This document shows, one piece after another, positions 34,892 through 46,142 of a stretch of DNA of 64,000 bases. The stretch covers positions 7,130,001 to 7,194,000 of the forward strand of contig JBHGNT010000014.1 in the NCBI GenBank assembly GCA_043228905.1, given 5' to 3'. Numbering within the stretch: position 1 is the first letter of the stretch; every line of letters begins with the position of its first letter. Position numbers and translations under genes: made by a program. The DNA comes from Azolla caroliniana (Eukaryota > Plantae > Polypodiophyta). The notes below the pieces were generated by a model. It was not told the origin of the DNA. It searched no databases and saw nothing but the letters and a program-made list of their open reading frames with translations.

Positions 34892-37800
34892 TGACGAGAA
34901 CTCAAGGCTCCTTATGTCCAACGCTCGGCCACAACCGAGATTCTTTTCATACATAGAAAACGGGAAATAAAACACGACAAGAAGAGGGAAAGAATACACA
35001 GGACGTTTACATGGAAAACCCCAAAACTAGGGGAAAAACCACGGCAACCCATAGGCTGCAAACTGTCACTATGTGGGAATATACAACAGTGAGTTCACTG
35101 AGGCACTGACCTCGTGCTCACAAATCTTCGCCACAGGCGGCGGTTACAACAGAGGCAACGACCTCTTTCTCTCTCTCTCTCTCTCTCTGTACAGTTACGC
35201 ACACTAATCTCGTGTAATACAGAAAAATAACAACTCCTAAAGTTTGCCCTAAGTCATATTTATACTAATATGAATTTTCGGCTATTTACAAATGTAGCCT
35301 CGATGGGCTCTCAGAAACATATTTACGAATATGTCTCTTCATCCGGTTCTAACCGGGTCTGTACCATCCGGCTCTCCGTAGCCAGGTATTCCTCATCCGG
35401 TCTTCACCGGGTCTGTATCATCCGGCTCTCCGTAGCCGGGTACTCCTCATCCGGTTCATACCGGGCCTACACCATCCGGCTCTCCGTAGCCGAGTACAGG
35501 CTCTGCTTCAGTCCGTACAGGCTCTTCTTCAACCGGCATACCAGGTGCTCCTTCCCTTTCTCCATGAAACCTTCCGGTTGCTGCATGTAGATCTCCTCTT
35601 CGAGATCGCCGTGAAGGAATGCCGTCTTCACGTCCAGCTGCTCTACCTCGGCGTCCATGCTTGCTGCTATACTCAGCACCGTCCGGATGGAGGTCATCTT
35701 TACTACCGGGGCAAATATCTCGTCGAAGTTCACGCCCTTCTTCTGCTGGAACCCCTTCACCACGATCCTGGCTTTGTATCTCGGGCGGTTGCCGGCATCT
35801 CCCGGTTTCAACTTGTACACCCACTTATTTCGGAGTGCCCGCTTTCCTTTCAGCAACTCAACCAATTCGTACGTATGGTTCTCATGTAGGGAATCCATCT
35901 CATCCTGCATGGCACTTAACCATTTTCGGTTGTGGGTGTCCTCCTTCGCTTCTTCGAAGCTTTCCGGCTCTCCCTCATCGGTCAGCTGCACATGCTCTGC
36001 ATCCGGAAATCTCCGGGGGGCCTTTCTCTCCCTGAGAGGATATCTACGTCTTTGGGCTTCGGTAACCGGCTCCTCCATTTGCTCTTTATCCGAATCCGAT
36101 TCAGGGTCTTGGCCGGTTCCGGTTTCAGCTTCCTCTACTTCTTCTTCTGCCGGTTCGGTATCCTCACCGTAACTGGCTGGTTCCTCGAGTGCTAACCGGT
36201 CTCTTGCCGATTGGGTCTGCTCATCGTAGAGTCTATCCTTACTGGTCGACTCAGAGTTCATTATCTTCTTCTCCGACTCCCAGTCGGCGAGCGTCTTGTC
36301 CTCCATGAAATAATATCTCGACTCCGGAATACCTTCTTGTCGACCGGGTCCCACACTCGGTAGCCGAACTCATCGTCACCGTAACCGAGGAATATGCATG
36401 GCTGGGTCTTTGGATCTAACTTTCCTCTCCATTATGGTCCGGTTCATCCTCTCGGCCAGTCCGTTTAGTTCCGGCGTCTTCGGCACGGTAATTTCGAGCC
36501 GGATTCCCTTCAAGCGGCAATACTCCTCGAACTGCCCCCGGTACTCTCCTCCGTTATCTGCTCGAACCGCCTTCAGCTTCCGGCCGGTTTCTCTTTCCAC
36601 TCTCACGTGGAGCTCTTTGAAGACGGATAGCACCTGATCCTTCGTCTTCAATGGTGTGGCCCACAACTTCCGGGTGTGGTCATCTATGAACGTCACGAAG
36701 TACTGCGCTCCGGCATGTGACTTTGTGTCTACTTGACACACATCCGTATGCACCAACTCCAGTGGTGCATTACGTCTCATCGGTGGCCTTGGTCGGAAAG
36801 AGGTCCGGTTTTGTTTACTGGCCAGACAATCAGTGCAGTTCTCCAAGTGCACATTCTTCACTGGAATGAGGTTGTCGTCTGCAAGCCTCTTCATCCCCTT
36901 CTCGCTCATATGACACAGTCTCTTGTGCCACAGCTCACCGGCAGTGTCGGATAACACTTTCACTTCTTCTGGACATAACCGGGCATTCATAAGGTACACC
37001 GTGTTTACCTTCCGGGCCCGAGCCACAATCAGGCTCCCTTTGCTGAACTTCATGACACCGTTCCAGATGCTACCCGTGTAGCCTTCATCATCTAGCCGAC
37101 TGGCTGATATCAGGTTCAGACGAACTTCCGGAACGTGTCGGACATCCTTCAGCAGCAACTTGCATCCGGTTGGTGTTGTCAGCCACACGTCTCCTATGCC
37201 GACAATTCGGCATGTTCCTTCATTCCCCATCCGGACATAACCGTGATCACCGGCTAAGTAGGATGAGAAGCATTTCCGGTCCGGGGTAAGGTGGAACGAC
37301 GCTCCGGAGTCTACCACCCAGGTCATCTCGTCGCCGGCAAGGTTTATCTCACTCTCCTCGGTGATGAGCATCAACTCCTCTTCACTTGCCGCGATTGCCG
37401 TCATTCCCTTCCGGTCCGGCCCCCTCCGGTCTTTACCGTTCCGGTCTTTACCGTTCCAGTCCGGGGTTTGCTTCGAATCGGTACCATCGGTTTCCTTGTC
37501 TTTACGGAAATGCCGACAGTTCTTTTGGAAGTGTCCCGGCTTGCCGCAATAGAAGCAAGTAGGCCTCCCCCTTGACTTTGACCGTGTCCCCTACTTCTCC
37601 CGGTTCTGGGGACTACGGTTTCTATGTCTTCCGCGTTCCGATTCGATAAGGAGCGCTTTGGAGTCGGAGCTCGTATCTTTATCCTTCCGACGCGCCTCCT
37701 CATCTAGCAAGCTCGACTTTACTCTTGTTAGGGATAACCGCTTTCCTTCCGGCCCGGCGTTGCCCAAAGTGACAACCAACGTCTCCCAGCTATCCGGGAG

Positions 37801-39083
37801 GGAACCGAGCAGGAGCAGCGCTAGTACCTCATCGGCGAGAGGTACTTCCAATGACGTTGCTTGGTGTATCAGCCCCTGGAAGGCATTCATATGCTCCGCC
37901 ATGCTGGAGCCATCCTGGTAACGGAGTCTTACTAGCTTCCGGAATACCGAAACCTGATTAACAGCATTTTTTTTTTGAAACATTATGCCGATCTTCTCCC
38001 AGAGCTCATGAGCCTTGCTCTCTTCATTGAAGTTGTTGTACAGGCTCATGTCGATGAAGCACCGTATGTACGCCGTTGTCTTCATGTGCATCACCTCCCA
38101 TATCACGGCATCGATTTTGTCCGGTCTCTTGTCCCCGAACTGAACCGGCAGCCAGAGGTCTTTAACAACGAGCATGTCCCTCATCTTCGACTTCCATACT
38201 GAATAGTTGGAGCCGGTGAGCTTGAACATGCCGCCAAACGATTCGTCCATTTTCTGTGTCATTTTGATCTGATACCACTTGACTAGAACTCAAGGCTCCT
38301 TATGTCCAACGCTCGGCCACAACCGAGATTCTTTTCATACATAGAAAACGGGAAATAAAACACGACAAGAAGAGGGAAAGAATACACAGGAGGTTTACGT
38401 GGAAAACCCCAAAACTAGGGGAAAAACCACGGCAGCCCACATGCTGCAAACTGTCACTATGTGGGAATATACAACAGTGAGTTCACTGAGGCACCGACCT
38501 CGTGCTCACAAATCTTCGCCACAAGTGGCGGTTACAATAGAGGCAACGACCTCTTTCTCTCTCTCTCTCTCTCTCTCTGTACAGTTACGCACACTAATCT
38601 CGTGTAATACAGAAAAATAACAACAACTCCTAAAGTTTGCCCTAAGTCATATTTATACTAATATGACTTTTCGGCTATTTACAAATGTAGCCTCGATGGG
38701 CTCTCAGAAACATATTTACGAATATGTCTCTTCATCCGGTTCTCACCGGGTCTGTACCATCCGGCTCTCCGTAGCCGGGTATTCCTCATCCGGTCTTCAC
38801 CGGGTCTGTATCATCCGGCTCTCCGTAGCCGGGTACTCCTCATCCGGTTCATACCAGGCCTGCACCATCCGGCTCTCCGTAGCCGAGTACTCCTCATCCG
38901 GTTCATACTGGGCCTGCACCATCCGGCTCTCCGTAGCCGAGTACTCCTCATCCGGTTCATACCGGGCCTGCACCATCTGGCTCTCCGTAGCCGGGTCCTC
39001 CTCATACGGTTTCGGCCTCGGCCGAGTTTGTTCATCAGCACTGTTCTTCTCCCTTCCCATCCGGAGGGACCTATCTCCCAACA
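34892..39083 (-). mobile_element. Internally deleted Copia F in the integrase of D; 5' LTR 38280-39083, truncated 3' LTR 34892-~35497
   Basis: Perfect TSD CTTCG (34887-34891/39084-39088), PBS TGGTATCAGATC at 38266-38277, gag-PR-IN-RT fragments. RT is fused directly to the middle of the 3' LTR. About five 54-bp tandem repeats in U3 (38761, 38815, 38869...). Confidence 0.93.
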
Positions 39084-39513
39084 CTTCGTGACGTTCATAG
39101 ATGACTGTAGCTGGAAGTTGTGGGTCTCACCATTAAAGATGAAGGATCAGGTGTTATCCATCTTCAAAGAGCTCCGCGCGAGAGTGGAAAGAGAAACCGG
39201 CCGGAAGCTGAAGGCGGTTCGAGCAGATAACGGAAGAGAATATCGGGGGTAGTTCGAGGAGTATAGTTGGTCGAAGGGAATCCGGCTCAAGTTTACTGTG
39301 CCGAAGACGCCAAAACTAAACGGGCTGGTGTCGGAACCAAGGATAAAAGATAGAGTGATGGAAGAAGGATAGAGAAGAATGGATGTATAATATAGAGAAA
39401 GAAAGAGAATGGATACAAGATATGTAATGAGAGCTAAAGACTGGTGTTGATTCGAATTGATTTGAGAATACATGTATGCGCTTATTTATAGGTTCCTATA
39501 GAATAGCTTAGAG

Positions 39514-39590
39514 ATTTCTAGAATGTTCTAGAATGTTCTAGACCTAGAATGCTCTAGGACATTCTAGAAAATTCTAGAATAATCTAGAGT
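39514..39590. promoter_or_regulatory. Heat-shock-element array in the U3 of chromovirus B (second copy 44800-44876)
   Basis: TTCtaGAAtgTTCtaGAAtgTTC and TTCtaGAAaaTTCtaGAA are alternating nGAAn units just upstream of the minus-strand TATA CTATAAATA. Confidence 0.8.
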
Positions 39591-39721
39591 TTTTACAATA
39601 ATCAATGTAATACAAGAAGTAGCTTTTATTGTTTCATATAACAATAAGCTATCTTAATGGTTGAGGTTTTCAAGTATGAATTACAAGGTTCGAGGTTCAA
39701 GTCCGGGTGACGCCATAATGG

Positions 39722-42700
39722 TCATGTGTTCATGACACTATCCCTCTTTCGAGAACGCCGAGTGGAAGTCGGCGTTAACATTGTTGGGCCGGGCTTGTTT
39801 GGATAGTGACGATGGAAGTCGTTAACATTGTTGGGCCGGGCTTCAGCATTACAAACGTTATCGATGGGTTCCCAAGTGCGATCACTCGGAGGATAACCAA
39901 GCCAATCAACTAGATAATAAAGCTTATTGCGCACAATCTTAGAATCGAGAATAGCAGCTACCTCGTATTCGGGGCCGTCCACAAGTTGTACAAAAGGCGG
40001 TGGTGGCACGACACGATCAGGAATTAAAGAGGTGTGGCAAGGTTCCAAAAGAGAGCTATGAAAGACAGGGTGAAGCCGCATATGTGCAAGAAGGTTAATA
40101 CGAAATGTTGCATCATTAATCTACGCCGTGATGACAAAAGGACCTAAGCGTTGATAGTCAAGCTTAGCACACGGTCGGGTAGTCTTGATGTGACGACGAA
40201 GCAACCATACACGGTCACCAACCTTAAACGGAGACTTAAGACGATGTCGATCGGCATTGGTCTTATGGTGTGCTTGCGCTTTTTGAAGATGTGACGATAA
40301 CTCGAACTGGATTTGTTGTAGTCGGTGGAGGTGATGCGCCGCACTAGGGTTTCGTGACACCTCGGGAAGATCCAGTATACACCATCGAGGGTGGTTGCCG
40401 GTGTAGGAAAAGAAAGGTGTAACTTTGGTAGAAGAGTGGACCGTGTTGTTGTATACAAACTCAGCAAGATGTAAAATTTTACTCCAATCATCTTGTTGAT
40501 AACTAATGAAACATCGAAGATATTGCTCGAGCGTTTGATTTGTGCGCTCTGTTTGTCCGTCAGTTTGTGGATGATAAGCCGAAGAGAGTTTGCAAGAGAT
40601 TTTGAGGCCTGCCCATAGGTGCTTCCAAAAGTGTGAGATAAATTGAGGACCTCGATCGCTAATAATATCATTCGGGAGACCATGATGGCGAAACACTTCA
40701 CGCATAATGAGATCTGCAGTTTCTTCACTATTGATGGTCTTTACACATGGTACAAAATGTGCCATCTTGGTGAACCGATCCACTACTGTTAAAATAGTAT
40801 CAAAGCCTTTGGAAGGTGGTAGATCCGTAATGAAATCCATAGAAATAGACTGCCATGGCTTGTTGGGAGGGGGTAATGGTTGTAGTAAGCCATAAGGGTG
40901 ATGCCGGGGTATTTTGGCGCGACAGCAGGTGTCACAAGTGCGAACATAATCTTCAACAAATTTTTGCAAGTGAGGCCACCAAAACGAACGTTTCACCAGC
41001 TCAATGGTCTTGGAAATACCAAAATGTCCAGCCATGGGGGCATCATGACAATGTTCCAACACTTGAAGTCGGGGTGATCCGTCGGGGACGTAAAGGAGAT
41101 TCTTGTAGAAGAGTAAACCATCTTGCCACTTGAAGTCCTTATAATGTTGAGATGACCCTGGCAATGTGGAGCACGATGGACGACTTGAACCACAGTGGGC
41201 TAAGACATCCTTAGCAAAATCATCCGAATGAAGTTGTTGCCGAATAGTGTCAAGAAGGGTAGAATCAAGTGGTGTGGCATAAATTGTTGTTACCTGTAGC
41301 TTTGATGGCCCGAGGAGAGTTTGCTTTTGATTGTCAAAGGCCGGATCTCCAGGTCGAAGTGCTAGATACGAACGCCGAGACAGAGCATCTGCTTTCCCTT
41401 GTTGTTTTCCGGGGCGAAAAATGATCTTGAAATCGAAACGCGTTAGAAATTGGGCCCACCGAGCTTGTCGTCTATTTAATACTCGAGTTGTTTGAAAATA
41501 TGTGAGATTTTTGTGATCACTATAAATGATAATCTGATGAGGTGATCCTTCTAGAAAATGACGCCATTGCTCGAATGAGTCGACCACAGCTAGTAACTCC
41601 TTGTCATGCACCTCATAGTTTATCTCCGAAACAGTAAACTTTCTCGAGTGAAACGCGACTGGATGTATCTGCCCGTCCTCGCCTGGTTGCGATAGGATAC
41701 TCCCCAATGCAAAGTCTGATGCATCCGCCTCAATAGTAAATGGCTTTTCAGGATCAATATGTGCTAGGATGGGTGCTGATGTGAATGCCTCTTTTAGCTG
41801 CGTAAAAGCCTTGTCCGCTTCGATACTCCAAAAAAATGCTTGATTTTTCTTGGTGAGTTGAGTAAGGGGCAACACAATGCTTGAATAATTATGTATGAAT
41901 TTGCGATAGAAGTTCGCAAATCTGAGGAAACACTGGACATCCCGAACTGAGCATGGGGGTTTCCATTCCAATATTGTTTGGACTTTTGCCGGGTCCATGA
42001 AAACACCTTGGGATGAAATAGTGTATCCCAAAAATTTGACTTGTTTGCAATCAAAACTGCATTTCTCAAGTTTGGCGTAAAGACCATACTTCCTTAGGCG
42101 TTCAAGTACTTGCCGCACATGTATATCATGCTCCCCCTGTGTTTTAGAGTAAATCAATAGATCATCTAGGTAGATGATTAGAAAAATATCCAAGAAATCT
42201 CGGAAGATGTCATTTGCCATATGTTGGAATACCGCAGGTGCATTTGTGAGCCTGAAAGGCATGACTGTATACTCGAAATGACCATACCGAGTACGAAATG
42301 TTGTTTTCCACTCATCTCCTGGCCGAATTCGAACAAGATTATATGCACCCCTTAGATCAATTTTGGTAAAATGCTTTGCCCCACCAATGCGTTCTAAGAG
42401 ATTGGAGATTAAAGGTAAAGCATACCTATTCCTTATGGTGACTTTATTTAAGCCTCGATAGTCCACGACCAAACGAAGGGAGCCGTCCTTTTTCTTCACA
42501 AAAAAGATAGGAGCACCAGCTGGAGACTTTGAATGTCGAATAAACCCATGTGCAAGATTTTCCTCGATGTATTCTCGAAGAACCTCAAGCTCAGTGGGTG
42601 ATAAATTGTAAATCGGACCCCACGGAGGCTCTTTTCCTGGTTGGAGATCAATAGGACAGTCATACGGCCGATGCTTTGGAAGAACACTAGCTTTGACTTT

Positions 42701-43399
42701 GTCGAAAACATCAGCATAGTCTTGATATTTTTTGGGAATTTGGATGTCTGAATTCCCTTGAGTGACACTAGAAGGTGTCACTGATACTGCAAATAAGAAA
42801 AGGTCCTCCTTGCCTCCCACTTGGTGCAATTGTTGCAATGTGATGGCTGAAATTTGATGAGAAGGATATGGTGCATCGGTAGAACTATATACTTTGGGAG
42901 GATAATCCTGAGTTCGATCCTTGACAATGATATTTTCTGCTAAAGATCACCTAATTTCTCGCTTCCTCCAATCGATTCTAGGGTTATGTAGCTCGAACCA
43001 TGGCAAACCGAGGACAATTGGATGCTCAGGACTACGGATTATGTTAAAGGAAACTACACATCCTAAATCACCCAAGAGTATGTGTATTGGCTCAGACTCT
43101 TCAAATATCTTCCCGGAAGCTATGGGGCGTCCATCAATCACTACTACGGAAACTGGACAAGGAAGTGTATGCAAGGATATTTGGTGTTTTTGGGCAAAAT
43201 CTCTATCCATGGAACAAGAATTGGCTCTAGTATCTAAGAGGGCTTGGACTTGAAGTTGACAACTGGGTGTCCTAACTTGTACTAGGGCTGAGAAGACTCT
43301 ACTAACAAGCTTGGAAGAAATGGAACCCACACCAGGTTGTACATATCTAGGGTTGTCCAACCAAATGGCTCCTATTTTGGCCGGACTTATTTGTTTGAC
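39722..43399 (-). pseudogene. Pol of chromovirus B (protease, RT, RNase H, integrase, chromodomain) in the -1 frame relative to gag, with two in-frame stops (42947-42949, 40121-40123)
   Basis: Track ORFs 42947-43360, 40121-42838 and 39722-40081 share one frame. LLDTRANS, YLDDLLIYS, EADASDF, HPQTDGQTER, GPF, YEVAAILDSK..YLVDWLGY..TWEP. Confidence 0.93.
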
Positions 43400-44544
43400 T
43401 CCTCTTCTAATTGGCTTAGGACTTCAAATTTATTGGACAAGGGTGGATTATTCATAATATTAGATTCACTAACTACTTCTAAAATGTTGGACTCATTTTT
43501 ATTGTCATAGTGAATTTGATTTACCTGACGTCTCAGCCTACGGGAGCAATGAATGGCTATATGTCCTGGACCTCCACAATATAAGCACAGATGGTTTGCT
43601 CGACGACGTTGCTTCTCTTCGTCTGACAACGGTCCTCGTCGTTGAGTCATATCGATCTCCATGGGTGTAGGACTATCCATTGGGACTGGACTACGTGTTT
43701 GCCTTGGAGTTGGAGCAGGGCTATACATTTGCCTTGGGGATGATTGCGCCGTTACTGATGCATAAGTTGGTATGAATCTAGATCTTGTTATTTGTTGTTG
43801 TCGCTCACATCGACGCTCAAAAAGGCGATTATCACACCGTATTGCTCGACTAATAGCTTCTGTAAGTGACCTTGGATCCTTGGGGAAGGTAAGAAGTAAG
43901 TCTTTGACATCACTACGAAGGCCTGAACGGAACATTAGGGCTTGTTCATCCCAAGGAATATCGCTTGCGATGAGACGGAAATTGGCAGCATATGTTGAAG
44001 CTGGTTGATCACCTTGACAAAGTGTACGAATCTTGTTGATAGTTGTTCTCACCCCATCAGTATCTCCGAAACAAGCCTTAAATTCCTTGATAAATTCCTC
44101 GAAATTATTTAGTAGAGGAGAATTGGTCTCTAGCAATGGAGCAAACCACGACAACGCTATGCCAGTCAATAAAGTGCCCACTAGCCCGACTCGTGATGCA
44201 TCTGTTGGATAACGTGCGGGATGCATTTGAATCACCAACCGTACTTGATTCAAAAAACCTCGGAAATGCGCCCTCGACCCATCAAATTTAGCTGGGAGGC
44301 TAATTTTGGGCTCCTTGATAAGTCCCTGACCTTCAACCCTTTGTTGTTGTAACACGACGATTGTCGACTCTAACTGTTGCACTCGTCGCGTGAACTCCTC
44401 TTGTTGTTGTTGCTTCTCTATAGTAACCTTTTGTAGATCCCCAAGTATACGTTGATTCTCTACTTCAAGAGATGCGAACTTGGATTTAAGGTTCTCCATT
44501 TCTGCAACAAGGGTGAGATATTCTTCTGAGTTAATGGCAACCAT
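43387..44544 (-). CDS. Gag of chromovirus B (385 aa)
   Basis: N-terminal coiled coil, PAKFDGSR..FLNQ capsid motif, PMEID, CLYCGGPGHIAIHC zinc knuckle. Confidence 0.93.
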   Translation of the reverse strand: MVAINSEEYLTLVAEMENLKSKFASLEVENQRILGDLQKVTIEKQQQQEEFTRRVQQLESTIVVLQQQRVEGQGLIKEPKISLPAKFDGSRAHFRGFLNQVRLVIQMHPARYPTDASRVGLVGTLLTGIALSWFAPLLETNSPLLNNFEEFIKEFKACFGDTDGVRTTINKIRTLCQGDQPASTYAANFRLIASDIPWDEQALMFRSGLRSDVKDLLLTFPKDPRSLTEAISRAIRCDNRLFERRCERQQQITRSRFIPTYASVTAQSSPRQMYSPAPTPRQTRSPVPMDSPTPMEIDMTQRRGPLSDEEKQRRRANHLCLYCGGPGHIAIHCSRRLRRQVNQIHYDNKNESNILEVVSESNIMNNPPLSNKFEVLSQLEEESNK

Positions 44545-44569
44545 GGTTTCAGGATGGTTACAAAGGAGG

Positions 44570-44605
<36 letters not shown>

Positions 44606-46142
44606 GAATCAAACTGTCAGAACCAAGGATAACAGATAGAGTGATGGAAGAAGGATAGAGAAGAATGGATGTATAAGATAGAGAAAGAAAGAGAATGGAT
44701 ACAAGATATGTAATGAGAGCTAAAGACTGGTGTTGATTCGAATTGATTTGAGAATACATGTATGCGCTTATTTATAGGTTCCTATAGAATAGCTTAGAGA
44801 TTTCTAGAATGTTCTAGAATGTTCTAGACCTAGAATGCTCTAGGACATTCTAGAACATTCTAGAATAATCTAGAGTTTTTACAATAATCAATGTAATACA
44901 AGAAGTAGCTTTTATTGTTTCATATAACAATAAGCTATCTTAATGGTTGAGGTTTTCAAGTATGAATTACAAGGTTCGAGGTTCAAGTCCGGGTGACGCC
45001 ATAATGGTCATGTGTTCATGACAGCTGGCCGAAAGGATGAATCGGACCATAATGGAGAGATTCCGGAGCATGCTAGCACATGCAAAGTTACCCAAGACAT
45101 TTTGGGTTGAGGCACTGACGACGGCGACCTATATGATAAAAGATCACCGTCAGCACCCTTGGAAGGAGACCTACCTCAGAAAGTATGGACCGGCAAAGAC
45201 GTATCTTACCAGCATATGAAGGTGTTCGGATTTCTCGCATATGTGCATGTTGCAAAGGACAAGGGAGAAAAGTTGGATCTGAAGTCCAGGACATGCATAT
45301 TCCTTGGATACGACGATGATGAGTACGGTCACCGGGTGTGGGATATGGTCGACAAGAAGGTGTTCCGTAGTCGGGCCATAGTTTTCATGGAAGACAGAAC
45401 CATTGCCGACTGGGAATCAGAGAAGAAGATGATGAACCATTCTCGGACGAAACATATCCAGCGGAGGTACCACTGGATCCGGGAGAGAGTAGGAGATCAA
45501 GAGTTCGTGCTGATGAGGATCCACACAGAGGAGAACTGGTCGGATATGCTGACCAAGGTGTTGACAACAGACAAGTTGGACACATGCCGAAAGCGGATCG
45601 GGCTAACGAGACATCCCATGCCGGAGTGAAGGGGGAGACTGTTGGGAAATCGGTCCCTCCAGATGGCATCCGGTGATGAATGAAGAGGACCCGGTGAGAA
45701 CCGGAAGAGAGACATATTTGTAAATATATCTTGAGCAAGACTATTGAGGCTATATTTGTAAATAGCCCTAAGTTCATATAAGTATAAATATGACTTAGGG
45801 AAATCACTTTATGAGTGTGTTGTTATTATTGTCATATATTGTTGTACAGAGTGAATTAGAGAGAGTGTGAGATACATAGATATACTTTGTTGTAACCGCC
45901 GGTTGGCGAAGAAACAGAGCTTGAGGTCGTTCCCTCCAAGTCTCTGATTGTACCGTCTTTTCTTCATATTGATAGTTGGAGTCTGTGGGCTCCCGTGGTT
46001 TTTTCCCATTCAAGGTTTTCTATGTAAACATCCTGTGTACTCTCTTTTGTGTGTACTTCTACTTCCATTCCTGTGTTGCACTCTTATTGAAGTAATTCAA
46101 GACTCGGTCGTGGCCGAGCAGTATTCCGCACTATTCCTCACA

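Larger units (their letters stand above)
39329..45023 (-). mobile_element. Near-intact Gypsy chromovirus B (Tcn1-like); LTRs 39329-39737 and 44615-45023 (409 bp)
   Basis: Perfect TSD GCTGG, about 4 LTR mismatches by eye, PPT GAAAGAGGGATAG. Excision restores the host peptide LNGLAERMNRT. Confidence 0.97.
27555..46142 (+). mobile_element. Decayed Copia D hosting E, F and B; 5' LTR 27555-27877 + 33206-33431, 3' LTR 45640-46142
   Basis: Both LTRs start TGTTGGGAAATCGGTCC. Decayed PBS TAGTATCAAAGC, gag from 33461, integrase pieces rejoin across the F and B TSDs, PPT GAAGGGGGAG. RT is deleted near 45437. No TSD. Confidence 0.85.

Noticed and set aside
38730-39000. Regularly spaced repeats reminiscent of a CRISPR array (also 23341-23500, 5113-5526)
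   Set aside because: Head-to-tail units without unique spacers, inside eukaryotic LTRs, and no cas genes.
43345-43386. Pseudoknot from loop TAGG pairing with downstream CCTA at the frameshift site
   Set aside because: The connecting loop (~3-4 nt) is too short to span an 11-bp stem, and the pairing is absent in element G.
44929-45001. Possible genuine tRNA gene in the LTR
   Set aside because: A/B boxes are present, but acceptor, anticodon and T stems do not pair. Reported as a promoter-like mimic only.
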